In this document: piece by piece, positions 1 through 15,017 of the stretch
How the letters are laid out: the number at the start of each line of letters is the position of its first letter
Position numbering within the stretch: the first letter of the stretch is position 1
DNA from: Phaeosaccion multiseriatum
Taxonomy: Eukaryota > Protista > Ochrophyta, other classes
DNA length: 64,000 nt
Direction of reading: 5' to 3'
NCBI GenBank assembly: GCA_965112735.1
Contig: OZ218964.1
Location: forward strand, 496,001 to 560,000
Made by a program: the position numbers and the translations under genes
The notes under the pieces: model-generated
The model's input: only the letters and a program-made list of their open reading frames with translations
What the model was told of the DNA's origin: nothing
Database searches by the model: none

Positions 1-3000
1 CGTGGAGGGCGAGCGTTACAGAATGGAGGTGGAGTGGGAGGTCATGCTCGACGCACTCACCACGTGCCCCACGCTGCAGCAGGAGGCGGCGGGGGGGGCA
101 TCGCTCTTGCTCACGGTCAGTACCCAGGGGGGGTCAGTACCCAGGGGGGGTCAGTACCCAGGGGGGGTCAGTACCCAGGGGGGTCAGTACCCAGGGGGAC
201 AGTGCGAGGGGTAGCGAGGGGTAGTGGGCTTGTTGGAGACAAGAGCGGACGGGGCCAACACACACCCACCCACCGAGAGAGAGAGAGAGAGAACTCCCCC
301 CCTTTGTTTGTTGTTTACCTAATGAACGTACGGACTGTTAAGACTGATAATCGATCGATCTGTCATGCGACTTGTGGGATGACAGGTGGCTGCAATGAAT
401 ACGCGGCGGATGCGAGCAAGCCAAGTCAAGGGCACACAGGGGGGGCAAGCAGCCATGGCCCGAGGAGCAATCGCCAGGGGGAGGGACAGATCAAGCGCTG
501 CCTTGTCGGGCCTCAGGAGCAAGAGCAACACCCCGGCCAGGAACAGAGGCAGAGGGGCCTCTGGATGGGGGGACGAGGGGGAGGGCGCCTTCTCCATGGG
601 CATTGGGGGGCGTTCTCCCTCTGTGTCGAGAGCGTCCACACCGAGGGGGGCGGCGTCCCCTTCAGCTTCAGCATCTCGAAGCTCACGCTCCACCAAAGGC
701 AGCTTCGGAGGGACGGCGGACGGAGCGGCAGGGGGGGGAGGGGGGGTATGGCATGAGACCTTCACCGTGACTAAGCGTGTGTCGGGAGACTACAGCCAGC
801 AAGGCCCCCTCAGACGCATGCACGTGTTGCTGACTTGTCTGGCGCAGGAGCGGGGCCTACAGGCAGTGGAGGTGCCTCCGGCGGCGCTGGGGGGGAGAGT
901 GCTGGACGGCTTGGGTAGGGGGCTTGGCGCGGGGGGGGAGGGGTATGGGTGTTATGGGGCGGGGAGCAGCGCGAGGGCAAAGGATTTGGTCTTCAATGGA
1001 TGGGAGTTCGCCTCGCCCTTCGCGGCTCGGGAAGACGGGAGGTGGGTGGAGGCGTATGGATGGGGAGGGACGGGGATGGCAGTTGACGGCAAGAAGGGCC
1101 GGGCCGTCAGCCTTCTCTCTCTCTTGTTCTCGCCTTCTTCGAGCCTCACTCACTCACCCCTCCCTCCTTCCTTCCTTCCCTCCCTCCCTGCCTGCCTGCC
1201 CGCTGTGTGCCCCTCCTCCCCCATGCGTCGCCACTCCTCCTCCGCACAGGGGCTCTCTCTCTCTCGGGCAGGACAGCCCCCGCAGCACCAGCCCCTCTCT
1301 GTGGGTGCTGCTGCGCTACCCCGTCCCCCCTGCGGCCCGGGCAGGAGCCTCAACCGTCTTGCACCGCCTCTCGGACTTGGCCTTCGAGATGGACGCGGTG
1401 TCATGGCAGGATGGGCCGTCTGATCCCAAGGGAGACAAGGGGCCAAGATGGTTCACGGCCTCGCATGTGTCCTTCTTGCAGGCGCCGAGAAAGGTGAGGC
1501 ATCGAGAATAGAATAGAGATGATCGATGTTGACTCTTCTTGTTCTGCTTGCAATGGTCTTTCCCCTTTGTTGGTGTTGGTGTTGGTGCTGGTGCTGGTGC
1601 CCCTTCTTACTCACCTCTCTCTCTCTGCATCTATCTCAGATCCGCAAGCTGCTGACTCTGTCGGAGCCGTGCCCAGGAGACAGCGCAAAGATGTCCGGTA
1701 TTAAGGAAGACCTTAGGGCGGGAAAGGTGAGTGGGGTGGGAGTGGGCATCCATGGCGCATCACAGATGGCGTATGGGGCTTAAGTCGGGCCATGTCGCGG
1801 TGCAACGCTTTCCATCACAGATGGCGGATGGTGTGCGCCTGTGCGCCGCTGCTCTCTCGCTCGCGCTTGTGTGTGTGTGTGTATGTGTATTCACGTGTCT
1901 GACGCCCGCCCTTGCGTGTGTGTGTGTGGGGGGGGGGGGGGTCCATTCGGTCCTTGGGCTTTGCTCTGCGCAGATGGCCGCCTCTGTTTTCCTCCGCTTT
2001 GAGACGGTGCTGCAGAACAACAATCGCGCCCCCCGGGGCATCACAGCGCCGTCTATGATGGAGCTGCCCCCCGCGGGAGGGGGCGCAGCAAGCGCAGCTC
2101 AAAGTCAGGCGGGGGGGGGGGGCAGAGTGTCGTCCGGCACACTCACTCGCCGCATCTTGGCCCACCGGGGGCGCTCCTCGACGGCGCACATGATCGGTGG
2201 AGGAGGGGGGGCAGCAGGAGGAGCAGCAGCTGGAGCAGCAGCAGCAGCAGGAGGAGGAGGAGGAGGGGGAGGAGGGGGGGGCGCAATGAAGGGCATGCTC
2301 CAGATGAAGCACAACATCAGCTCGAGCATCAGTACACACCTCAAAGCCTCCATGGACACACTCAGGCACGAGGGTGGACAGCACCCTCAGCCCCAACCGC
2401 AGCAGATACGGGAGGAGGAGGAGGAGGAGAAGGAGGTGGAGAAGAAGAAGGAGGAGGGGGAGGAGAAGAAGGAGGAGGGGGGGGAGGGGGGTGGCGTCAG
2501 GGGAGCAAGATTCGCATCGGACCCCGCTGCCCCGGCCTCGGCTCGTGCCCTACTCTCTACGAAAGAGCAGCCCGGCGAGGCTGAAGGCAGGCGCTCCTTC
2601 CGTCTGTCGGGCAGCAGCGACAAGGGCAGCAAGCAGGAGGCTCTCCCCCTCGTGACTCGGCGCGGCTCCATGTCCGATGTGAGCCTTCCCTGTCCTCCCT
2701 TGCCGGGGGCGTCGAGACCTGCCGTGCGCCACAGTGCGCTCTACGCCGGGGTGGCGCCTGTAGGAGAGGAAGGGAGGGCAGGGGGAGCCAGGGGGGCAGG
2801 GGGGGCAGGGGGGGCACCCGTCGATGCGCCGACTCCTCGCTCTCCTCCTTCTCGTCCGGCTTCTGCCTTCTCTCCTGGTGTGAGTGATGGTGTGGTTGTG
2901 GGCACTGGTGCTGGTGCTGGTGCTGGTGTTGGTACCGGTGCTCATGCTGATAGCAGCGCCTCTCCTCCCCTGTCCGGTGGCGTGCTGTCCCACCGCCACC

Positions 3001-3184
3001 TGGAGATGATGGAGAACATGTCCAGCGTGAGTGCCAACTCCACAGTCCTCACCGACCTGTCCTCCAGGCTGGACAACATTGAGGCGCTGTTGGGAAGGCT
3101 CTTAAGAGCGGGGGGCGGTGTAGGGGGCGGGGTAGGGGGCGGAGAGGGCCGTACCACTGACGCTCTCACAACAGCAGAGGGGCC

Positions 3185-3221
<37 letters not shown>

Positions 3222-4333
3222 CAATTGGTGATACAGCAGTCGCAACAGGACGAGGGGGGGGCGGGGAGGGAGGGGCAGCAGCCAACGCAGCAGCGCAGTG
3301 GCAGCAGTAGCAGCAGTGGCCTCTCTGGTGCCATCGGTCTTGGCCTGAGGACCAGCACGGCGCCCCAATGGGACCTTCAAAGAGGGGAGGACCAGACCCC
3401 GGGGGGGGAGCAGCTGCAGGAGCAGACCCCGCGGGGAGAGCTGCTGACATCGACCATGGCGGAGCTTCAGGTAGGAGGGGAGGGGAGGGGAGAAGGGGAG
3501 GGGCTCCGCTCCGTCTCTTGTGGAGGCTTTGTTGCTTTGCTCTCGTGGACCTGCTCTTGTCGTTTTCGTTGCGTGCTCATGCGTTGTGCTGCCTGCCCTT
3601 GTCGTATGCTGTCCCGTTGCACACAAAGCTCGTGAAGGAGGCTTTAAGAACCGAGCAACAGCAGCAGCAGCAGGGATGCCAACCTCCGCTTGAGGAGCAG
3701 CAAGGACAGCAAGGACAGCAAGGACAGCAAGACAAGTCTTTGCAGACAGGCGGGCCGCCCTACACGCTGCAGTCCTCGGCCGAAGGGGAGGAGCCGGGAG
3801 GTGATACAGCAGTTGGTGATACAGCAGAGGGAGGCACAATCTCCGCGGACAAGCAGCAGAAAAGCAGTGGGGGGCAGGAGGGGAGCTCGAGTCTGCCGAC
3901 TGGGAGGGCAGGCCGGAGCTCAGGAGAGCTCTCCCTGGCCTCCTCTGTCAGCAGCACGCTCTTCGCAGGCCTGAGCCGAAGTATAACGCGCACCAGCAGC
4001 TATCTCAGCCTTGGGGACAAGACCTCTGGCGGCGACTTGAGCAGAGCAAGTTTGCACAGCAGCGACGCGCAACTGTCGGGCAGTGGCGGTAGCAGTGGGA
4101 CAGGGGCAGAGACAGGGGGAGAGACAGGGGCTGGGACAGGGGCGGCAGCACCTGCCGTGAGGAGTGGGCCTCCCTCTGGTCCCTCCGGCCAGGGGGGCGG
4201 GGAGAAGCAAGCCGAGACAGAGATGGGACAACACGGCGGCTTGGGCGCTGGGGGAACTGACGCCCACAGAGAGGCTGACAGAGAGGAGGGCGAGCAGGCT
4301 CAAGGAGGGGACGGTACGGCTAACAAGAGTTGA
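1..4333 (+). CDS. 3' portion of a multi-exon gene, uncharacterised low-complexity (Gly/Gln/Glu-rich) protein; 5' end probably outside window
   Basis: GT-AG bounded segments join into plausible protein: ...ASTVLHRLSDLAFEMDAVSWQDG...QAPRK (to ~1492) | IRKLLTLSEPC...RAGK (~1640-1726) | MAASVFLRFETVLQNN... (~1974-3470) | LVKEALRTEQ...TANKS* (stop 4331-4333). No recognisable domain. Confidence 0.5.
113..198. repeat. Short tandem repeat (GTCAGTACCCAGGGGGG)x4-5
   Basis: Directly visible 17-18 bp unit with variable G-run, probably intronic. Confidence 0.85.
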
Positions 4334-4467
4334 GCTTGTGAGAGGAGGAAAGAGGCCTCTGGGGAATAGAAGGAGGCAGGCACACGAGTGTTCGACCTCA
4401 ATAAAATAACACCATTTTTGACTTAAACTGCCATCTGCTGCCATCTGCTGCCATCTGTCCCATCTGC

Positions 4468-5707
4468 CTATGTGTCTGCATACCCTTGCTGCCCCTGCTG
4501 CCCCTGCCCCACACTGGCCTCAATCTCCGTCACCTCCTCCTGCGTGAGGAAGAAGCGGTGGCTCTTGAGGTCCCACGCCACCTCCGTGGGCTTGTCGTGG
4601 CCCAGCACAGCCACCATATGATGCAACGAGTTCACCACCCAGAGGCTGCCTGCCTTGCCCTCCGTGCCCGCGTCGTCCCACACAGGGTGAGGTTGGGTCT
4701 CGCTCTCTGTGACCCACTTCTTGGGCACGCAGCGCACGCTCTCACAGGGGGGAGGGTCCTCTGAATTGGTGGCAACCATGCCCAACGACACAAAGGCCGA
4801 GGTCGGGGGCACGGGGCGCCACACATACAGTGGTGTATCTCCCCCCAGCTGCTTCCACACCTCCCGAAAGCGCACTGGGTAGGGGAAAAGCGAATCCACC
4901 ACGACATCGAGCTTCTTGCCGTGCTTTAGGCGGATCTTGTCGGTATCTGTGATCTCCACGCACAGCGGCTCCGACAAAGCGGCGTCCCTCTTGGCCGCCG
5001 CAGACGAGAAGCCCCCCACGCCGCCGCCCGGGTTGAAGCCGGGGCGGGCAAAATGTCCCAGGCACAGCCGGACCTTGTTGCGCGAGAGCAAGCTCTTCTT
5101 GTCGAGGTGCGGGGCCCACACGCTGGCCTTGGTGCGACTGCCCGTGCCGTGTGAGGTCCAGAGCTTGTTGACCCTCTCCTGCCTGTGCACCTTGACCTTG
5201 AAGGCCTCGAGCCTCTCCCTTGCAATATCCTCCATGGCGTGCTGCCCCGCCCCCCCCGCTGCCTCCTTCAACGCAATCTCGTGCAGCTCGGGCATGGGCT
5301 TGGGCCGGATGACCAACGCGTCCAGCGTATCCTCCCCCTGCCCTTCGTACGCATTGCCCTCATTGTCATCGTCATCATCGTCTTCGTTACCCTCGTCTCC
5401 GGCGTGCATATCCATGAAGCCGTGTGCAGCTCCTGACCCGTCCTCCTCGCTGCCTGGTGCCCGTCCCCCTCCCCCTCCTCCTCGCTGCTTGCCGAATGCG
5501 CGCCTGAAGTCCTGCCAAGATACGAGTCCGTCCCCGTCCGAGTCTATGGTCCTCACGATGTCGTGCACTTGCGAGGGTTGCACCTTCATTTGCAGCCACT
5601 CCAGAGCCCCGTACAGCTCGCTGCACGTCAGCAGGCCCGTGCGGCTGTGGGCAGACAGGGGCAGACAGGGGCAGGCAGGGGCAGGAGAGGGGTGAGAGAG
5701 AGAGAGA

Positions 5708-5747
<40 letters not shown>

Positions 5748-7118
5748 AACAAGGAGGGCCCCTATTACACTCGCACACCCCCAAAAGCGCCACACACACA
5801 CACACACACAACTCGCAGAGAGAGACGGCGCCGCCTCTCACCCTCCCTTACCCTTCCTTACCCTTCCTACCCTCCCTTACCCTTCCTTACCCTTCCTTAC
5901 CCTTCCTTACCCTCCCTTACCCTCCCTTACCCTTCCTTACCCTCCCTTACCCTTCCTTACCTGCTGTTGAAGGCGGCGAACGCGTCCCTTGCTCTGAGGC
6001 CCTTGGCGATTAACAGAGAGCGCACCACCCTGAGAGAGGCCCTGTTCTCCAGCAAGTGGTACTCGTCGGGCGTGCTAAACAGGCGAGACACCGGGAGCCG
6101 TCCGATGTCCACTTGCTGACGCCGACGGCACGCACGCACGTCAAGGAACCACGCCTCGCGCATGTACTGAGAGAGACCGGGGGGGGGTTGGACAAAGAGG
6201 GGATGGCAGTGGTGGGGATGAGAGAGGGGATGGCAGTGGAGGGGATGAGAGAGGGGATGGCAGTGGAGGGGATGAGAGAGAGGATGGCAGTGGAGGGGAT
6301 GAGAGAGAGGACGGCAGTGGAGGGGATGAGAGAGAGGATGGCAGTGGAGGGGATGAGAGAGGGGATGGCAGTTGAGGGGATGAGAGAGAGGATGGCAGTG
6401 GAGGGGATGAGAGAGGGGATGGAAGTAGACGGAGGCGGTGACGGCGGGGGCGACGGACGGCCTGCACGCGCACCCACTCCTCTCTCTCTCTCTGCCCGCG
6501 CCCCCCTCTGCTAGCCACTCACCTGCTCGTTGTCCTGTATGCCGCGCAGCACCATGTCCAGAGCCTTGTCGTCGTACCTCGCCTCGGAGTCAATGAAGCG
6601 GAAGCAGTTGCGCATTACTGCCTCCTGATACCTCCCCGGCTCCTCATAGCCCAGACTCCCGTCCAGCAACGCCCCGCCCTCGCCCCCCACAAGCCTTAAC
6701 CCCACCGCAACAGGCTGTCCCTCCACTAACGGCTGTCTCTTGCTGCGTGTGAGATGCAGAGTGCCTCTTAGCGACTCCGCCTCCTGCAGACTCAGCGCCA
6801 CAAAGGCCCGGCCCTGCTGCACCTGGATGAAGGTCTGCCTGCGCATCAACTCCTTGACGTTCTCGTAGGACACAAGTGGGGAGGTGATGCCCGTCGCGTT
6901 GGCGATGGCCACGAGGCGCTTCCTGCCCTCCTCTCGGTCCTGCTCCCCTTGCCCCACGTCCACATCGAGAGCCCTCAGAAGTCCTTTGAACTCCTCCTCG
7001 CTGAGTTTTCCGTCCCCGTCGAGGTCGAAGATGGCGAAGGCCTTGCGCAAGCGCTGCTCCTGCTCGGCCGTGATGCTGCGAGAAGCGTTGCTCTTGGTGG
7101 CGGTGTACTGTGGGCGAG

Positions 7119-7171
<53 letters not shown>

Positions 7172-8166
7172 GTCATCATCATCATCATCATGAAGGCATG
7201 CAGAGGGGCAGGGGAAGGGGGAAGAGGGGCGTGAGGGAGAGGGGGGGGGTGCTCGAAGATTATCCCTGCATTGACTTACGAAGAGAGGGCACACGGCATG
7301 GGCACAGATGTGCGTAACCCAGGCCCCGACAAAGAGCCCTTCGACAGACAAAGGCGTATGGGCAGACACACTGACAGACGGGCATACGCGCAGGCGGCCC
7401 TCCCTACTGCCCTCCCTTCCTGCCCTCCCTTCCTGCCCTCCCTTCCTGCCCTCCCTACCTGGAGCTTCCTGGCGTCGGCCGTCCAGTCCATCAACACGAT
7501 GACGTTCTTCAGCCGCCGGAACGTCTTGAGCGACCATCCCCTGACAGAGGGGAGACAGAAACATAAGGGGGCAGGGGTGAGGGAGGGAGGGAGGGAGAGA
7601 GAAGAGAAAGAGAGAGGGACAGAGACAGACTCTACACACAGAGACAGCAGAGAGAGCTTCTGTCTTGTCTTGTCTTGTCTTGCCTTCCACCATCGCACTA
7701 ACCTGTCGTAGTGATTGCGCGAGACCATGAGGTAGTCCGGGAATTTGAGTTTCTTGGGCAGCTGAATGAACTTCGTCAACACCCCGAGCTCGGAGGCTGG
7801 GTAGAAGCCCAGCGGGTCGGGCCTGTCCTGCGCCAGGTCCGCGAGGGGCCATCCTCTTGGCCGCTCGTCGTCTCGGGAGTACTTCTGCTTGACGAACTCA
7901 TCGGGCTCGCTCTCGTCCATCACCATCTCCTCCTAAAGGGGGACAGGGCAGAGGCAGTGGATACAAGTACATGGGCACAGATGGAGATAGAGGACGGCGA
8001 CGGCGTCAGGCAAAGTCGCCACACACACGCACGCACGCACGCACACACGCACGCCCACACACACTAGCAGGTGGTAATATGCATGCCAGCGCAGGCCCGA
8101 GGGCATTCGTCCACCCGTCCCTTCCCTCTCTTCCGCCGTACCTTCTCCTGCTCCTGCTCCTGCTCT

Positions 8167-8199
<33 letters not shown>

Positions 8200-10626
8200 A
8201 CCTGCTCCCCCTCGAAGGCTTTCTCCCTTGCCACCGCCGTGGGGTCAACCTCATCCTCCCCTGCCTCATCAAAGGTCATAGACACGGCTTGCACCATGCC
8301 GCTGCCGCCCCCTGTTGTTGCCTCCTTGCTTCCTCCTCCTCCCTCCCCAGCCTTGTTCCAGCCCTCCGGCAGAAGCTCTACGTAGTTGCCTGGGAAGGCT
8401 CCAGTGGCACCCCTGAGCAGGCCCACCCACCATCCGTCGTCGGACCGCTTGAGAATCTCGATAATGTCGCCCTGCACGCGTTCAGACATGTCGATTGACC
8501 CCCCACAGCACCACAGGATGGCCAACAGGAGCACACGAAGAGTGAGTCACCGAAGACGAGCAAGACGGGGGACTGGTAGGCGGTGCCCTCGCCCCCCCCC
8601 CCCCCCTGTCTCCCTCTGCGTGTCCCTGTATCTCTGTCTCTAGCTGTCTTTCTCTCTCCGCCCCCTCTGTCAACCTCACTCACCTTCTTAATGTTGAGGT
8701 CCCCAGGGTGGGTTGGCGGGTAGTCATATAAGGCCCTTCCCTGGGGCAGCGCCTCCTCCCTCCTGTCCTTGCCCCTGCCCGTGGAGGCGAGCAAGCGGGG
8801 TGTGGGTTTCTTCTTGCTTTGCCCCTCACCCTCTTTGACCTCGCTGAAACGGATGGAGGCGGCGCCGCTGCGGAGGGAGGCAGAGGCCTCGGCCTCTTGT
8901 ACCTGGGGAGGAGGAGAGGGAAGGAACGGGGAGTTGGGAGAGAGAAGATAGTGCTGGCGCTTGAGTGAGAGTTGTTAGGAGGGAACGTGTGGGTAGGGAC
9001 GGGTAGGGGTGGGGGCAGGGAGGCAGGAGGGCAGGGAGGGAAAGACGTACACAGACAGCACACGCGCAGAGGGGTGGAGGGGAGAGGCAGATGATACACA
9101 ACTCTTCTTTATCTTCCTGGCTGTGTACCTCTGTCTACCTCTCTTCTCCTCCACACCTCTCCACCCCTCTCCACCCCTCAGGCCTCTGACTCACGTGTTC
9201 CAGCACCGTCTGCAGTACCCCCCGAGCACTCTTGTCCTGCGCAAGGCCCCTCGCATCTGCCGAGGCGACGTCCCTCCGGAGCTGATCGCTGAAGCGGCTC
9301 TCCAGGGAGGGCACGGTATTCTCAACGGCGTGGTCCACCCTCTCTCTAAACACATCAAGGCAGCCCATCAGATGCGCCGTCTCCGCGTCCACTACTCCCA
9401 CCCCTCCTGCTGCTGTATCACCAACTGCTGTATCACCAGCGGCTGCTGCCCCTGGGCCCGTCCCTGCCGCAGCTGCAGCAATAGCCGCGGCCTCCTGCGG
9501 GGACACATCCCTCCCGAAGACGTTCCAGCGCCGCTGCATCTTGGTGAAGGCCTCTGTGCGCCACACGTTGTGCACTGTTTGCTCCTGAAGCAAGTTCCAT
9601 TGCACCTTCTCGCTCTTCATGCCGTTGAGCGTGAGCCACGCGCTGATGTCTCTTAGGAAGGAGGGGTGGCGTGTGTGGTTCTCCATTTGCAGCGACCCCT
9701 CAGGGGCCTTGGTGCCTTTGCCCGCAGCCACCTGCACACATATATACATACGCACGACACCGCACGAGCGCATATTAGAGACGTTTGCCTCCTCCTCCTT
9801 CCCTACCTCCTCCTCCTCTCCTGTCTCCCCTTCCCCCGCCCACCTCCCCCTCCTCCTTACCCCTCCCCTCCTTGCCTACCTGCGCGACTATGAGGCGGAA
9901 GACCTCGGGGATCACCAACACGTGCACCTTCTGCCCCTTGCCGATGCCCCTCATGCGGAAGGCCCCTTGCGCGTAGTCCCTAAAGGTCATATCCTTGCCG
10001 AGCGTGACGGCCGCCACCACCGACAGCGCCTGAGGAATGTCCATGCCTGTGGTGTGCACCTGTCGGTGGATGTTGGGTTGTTCAAGGGGTAAGGGGGTGT
10101 TGGAAGGCCAAAGAGAGAGGTATATGGGTCAGCAGAGCATAGGCATATGGGAAGAGGGGTGTATGCCCCAAGACCAGCAGGCAGACACCGATCAGAGGCA
10201 GCGCAGCACAGCACAGCACAGCAGTTGGTGATATACCACAGTGGCCTATTTATTATTTATCCAAAAGGGCCCTCACATCCTCCCACTCCCACTCGGATGG
10301 ATGACCAACAGCACCACTTGCCTGGTCGAAGAAGGTGAACCGCTTGTCCGGGTCCACGTGGCACTGATCGAGCAGCATGGGCCGCATGCCGCCCTGCCGC
10401 GTGATGATGCGCTTCCTGTCCAACTCATCAAGGTACACGACGCCCTGTGTCACAGATGGCAGTGCGGTGCGGAGAGAGAAAGCAGGTGAAGAGCAGACAG
10501 AGAGATCAGGCAGAAAGAGCGGATCAGTCAGTGAGACAGTCAGTAAGCCAGCCAGTCAGTCCATCAATCAGTCCGTCAGTCAGCCAGCAGTCAGTCAATT
10601 AGTCCGTCAGTCAGTCAGTCAGCCAA

Positions 10627-10661
<35 letters not shown>

Positions 10662-11509
10662 CCACTCCGACCTCCACCCCCCACTCCTCTACCATATACC
10701 TCCATGGTGTCCAGCCCCACTGTGAGCAAGTGCCTCGCAACCTCGAGGTTGGTCATGCCCGTCACGAGCGCTCCCACATCAATAAGCGCGTGGTACGGAG
10801 GACTCTTGGCCTGCGCCACCTCCAGCAGCACAGAGCGCACTTGCCAGTCGGCTGGCAGCAGCGAGTAGGAGGATACGGAGGGGTCGGTGAGGTGGTGGAG
10901 CATCATGGCCGTGTTGCCCATCTCAAACTGGCAGCGGCCCAGGGCGAGAGGGAGAAGGTCGGAGGGGGTGCCGCTGAAGCCCAGCTTGACGCCTGCGGGG
11001 GGGGGTTAGAAGGGAGGGAGGGAAAGGCTTTTAACAACACTTCAGAGGAGAACAGGGGAAAGGCTTACAATATTCCAACAACGCATTGGGTCAAGGGATT
11101 TGCTTGAGGGGAGGGAAAGGACGAAAGGACTATTCCTTGTCCGTTGTCCGACATTCCAAGTCGAGCTCCATATGTTCCATTCCTTGTACGTCGAGCCCAG
11201 CACGCATACACACGCATACACACACACGCACACACGCACGTACTCACCGAAAAGCATGTCCCCGCCGAGGCTCTGACCGTTAGCAGCGAGCTTGAGGCCT
11301 TGGTGCTGCATTGTCTCGGGGAAGACGAAGCAGTGCAGGTAGTAAGAGATGACCTGCGGGAGGCGCCTTAGTAGGCGGAACAACACTCCCATCATCTCCT
11401 CATCCCTCGGGTCTACGAGCTGTAACGGCCACAGATCTTGAAACTCCTTCGCGCTGCAGGGGAGACAAGTGGGAGGGAGGGAGGGAGGGAGGGAGGCGTG
11501 AGGGAGACA

Positions 11510-11588
<79 letters not shown>

Positions 11589-14500
11589 TGCATAGACAGA
11601 CCCGCACACCCCCACAGACCCTCCTACCCTCCCACACACACACTAACTTGGGCAGCCTCCTCCCTCCTCCCTCGCGGCCTGACCTGTCCTTCGCGGCTCT
11701 GTCCCCTCGGCCCTCCTCCTTGAGCATGAGCCCCGGGCCGTCTGCTGCCATCTGCCCCTCCGCCCCCTCCCCGCCTGGAGCGTTGGCCGCCGCACTCCCC
11801 GCGTTCTCCTTCCCTGCTGCTCCTGCTGCCGTACCACCAACTGCTGCTGCTTCTGATGCCCCCCCTGGCGGCTTGGGTGGGGCCTTCTTCCCGAGGCCCC
11901 TCACGGAGCCGCCCGCAAACCTTACCCATGACACGAAGCGGCGGCACGAGGGGCGCTTCTCGTACTTTCCAGACTCGTCCTCCTGAGGGTGGCAGTGGAT
12001 GGCGAGGGATAGTCGTGAGAAGGGGGGGCGAGGGCGAGGGCGGTGCCTGGCTTGGCTTGGCTCACGCTTCCTTGCCGAGGGGGGGGGCACTAACTCCCCT
12101 GCTGGCTCACTTGTTCACTCCCTCCCTCTCTCTCATTCCCTCCCTCTCACTCATTCACTCATTCACTCACCCACTCACTCCCTTCCTCACTTACTCCTCA
12201 CCCACTCCCTGACTTAACTCATTCACTCCCTCACTCCCTCCCTCAATCCCTCTCTGCCTGCCTCACCATTTCATCCCGTAGACAGCGCATGGCCATCCGA
12301 AAGTCCCCCTCCCTGAGCCCCTCATAGCGGTAGGCAAGGATGGTGAGTCCGATCACTACATCTGGGTGCGAGAACTCGGAGGCGCGGCTCGGCACGTCCT
12401 TGCCCACAAAGGGCACCGCGAGCAGCCGCCGGCTCTTGGGCATCCTACACACCCAAACAAAGGGGGGGCGCAATGGAGAAGGTCAGGGGGGGCACTTCCT
12501 TCTCGTGCTCGGTGGTGGCGGTGGCAGCAGACGGGAGCAGGAAGGACGTATTACCATCCACGACCATCCACTACCACGCACTGCCATCCATTGCCATGTA
12601 CTATTACGTATACCTGCTGTCGAGGCTGAGGGCTCTCTGCAGGTCCCCCTTGTCGAGCAGCCCGAACCCCACCCTGTCCACCTTTTGGAGGACGTGCGGC
12701 AGGAAGGAGCGCAGCCAGTCGTGCGTGAGGTTGAGCATCTTGACATGATCGTCGCTGAGCTTCTCATGCACCACCCGCCGGGCCGCAGGGGAGCACTCGG
12801 AGGGCCCACGCAGTAGGTAGTCCAGCACCTGCTCGTCCGTCACCTGCCATCCAATGCCATCCACGCAGTAGAGGGTGTCAGGGGATAAGGGAGAGAGAAT
12901 GGGCGGATGGACCCTCCCCACCCCAGTCACCCTGTCTGCCCATATGCCTCTGCCTGCCGGTCTCCCTCCCCTCCTCACCTCGCTTAACCGCTTGTTCCTC
13001 AGCCACAGCAGCACCCACTGTGCCAGCAGCGGCTCCAGCCTCTCGTGATAGAACTTCCTGCTCAGCAGAACGAGGTGGGGCTCCCTCTGTACCAGCCGCC
13101 CCGCCACCCCCTCCCCCACGGCCTGGCGGATGGCAGTCAACACCGCCCGGGCCCGGCGCGACTCGTGCACGCCCATGTCGGCCCCTGCTCCACTCTGTCC
13201 CTCCTGTCCCTCTGTCGAGTAGGCGAAGAAGAGAGCATCGAGGAGGTGGAAGGGGATGGACCATCGCAACCCATGGCCCAGACCTGTCCCCCTCCGACCG
13301 TAGGTGAGGTCAAGGGGCCTCTTCTTGCCGAGTGGCCAGTTGAGCTCGCTCTTGAGGGGGTGCAGGATGAGGTCCACTTCGTCAAGGATGAGCGCTCCTT
13401 CACGGAACACCTTGAGGATGCTCACCGCCAGCTCCACCTGTGTGATGGATGGCAGCATATTGGGGGCAGATGGTCACTCACAGACGGGGTGTCACCTTCT
13501 CTTTCTTCTCCTCACCCCCCCCGGGCAACAACAAGATGGCCAAACCTCCCCGCCCTTCCCCCTCCCCCATCCACTGCCATCCCCCGCCCTAGCCCCCGAC
13601 CTGTGCACGCATGCTGTCCTGCGACTCAAAGAGGTGCTTTCTGCCCGCGAAGGCCTTGCGCCGTCCGAGCGCCTTCCTGAGCCCCCTCGAGGCCTTTGTG
13701 GTGCCGAGTGTGTCGTCCTCCGTCTCCTCCTTCCTCAGGCGAGAGGCCTCCAACCCGTGGAGCAGCTCCACAAGCTTGAGCATGAAGGACTTGATGGACG
13801 TGGGTGTGGAGATGACCACGCTGCGGCGGTCCCGCGCGTCGAGCACCTGGGGGGGGGAGGGGAGGAGAGGATATCAGGGAAGGGAAGGGAGGGGAAGGGA
13901 AGGGAGAAGATGGGAGGGGAGTGGAGGGGAGGAGAGGGGAGGGGAGGGGAAGGGAAGGGAAGGGGAGGAGAGGGGAGGGGAAGGGAAGGGACGGAGAGGG
14001 GAGGGGAGATGAGGGGAGGAGAGGGAAGGTGGGGGGAGGGGAGATGAGAGGCATGTGAGAGGCATATGAGAGGCATATGGGGCATGCGGAGAGAGGGGAG
14101 GGAATGGGGGGCTGTTGCGGCTAGCTTGGAGACCGAGTACAGCAGAGCAAAGCAGGGCAGGGCAGTTGGTGATGCATACACCCACATCCACCTACTCCAC
14201 CCTCACACACCTTGTGCAGCAGCTCTGGCGTGACGTCCATGAAGCGCTCGAAGCGGAAGGTGTACACCGTTTTCTGTAACGCCAAGCTGAAGCTGCTGCG
14301 CATCACCGTAAAGGCAAAGTCCAGCAGTGCGTCAGGCACGACTTCCATGACGAGCTTGTGCCCGTTCGCCAGCAGCAGGGACAAGCAGGGCGCCACCGTC
14401 GTTGTCTTGCCTGCACCCATGATCATTTGGTGGCATATGCTGCCGCCCTTGCTGGCCTGGGACATGAAACGGCCGATGAGGGCAACCTGGGGGGGGGTGG

Positions 14501-14980
14501 GAGAAGCAGGGGATGGCAAGGGATGGCAAGGGGTGTCGGCGGATGGCAGTGGGTGGCAGGGGGTGGCAGGGGATGGCAGGGGATGGCAGGGGATGGCAAG
14601 GGATGGCAAGGGATGGCAAGGGATGGCAGGGGATGGCAGGGGATGGCAAGGGATGGCAAGGGATGGCCAGGGTGTCAGCGGATGGCAGTGGGTGGCAGGG
14701 GATGGGGGGGTGAAATGACGGGGTTTACGCACGGGGTTCCCGCACTCTGGGGCGCTCTATAGTTTGGGTTTCAGCTGTAGGTTCAGTTTGAGTTTCACAC
14801 CTGCGAGTCGTGCAGCAGGAACCCGCTGTTGAACTCCATGAGCAGCAGGCGCGGGTCGTACGAGAGGTTTCCCCCTCCCCCCCCCTTTGGAGAGAACACG
14901 TAGTGGCGAGACTTGCTTAGCGCCGCCGCCAGCGATTCGCCAGTCCGCAGCAGCCTCTGCTTCTGCTCCTCTTGGCCCTG

Positions 14981-15017
<37 letters not shown>

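Noticed and set aside
7120-7191. Poly-Met/poly-Asp/poly-His ORF starts
   Set aside because: An (ATC)n microsatellite, apparently intronic upstream of the EF-hand exon.
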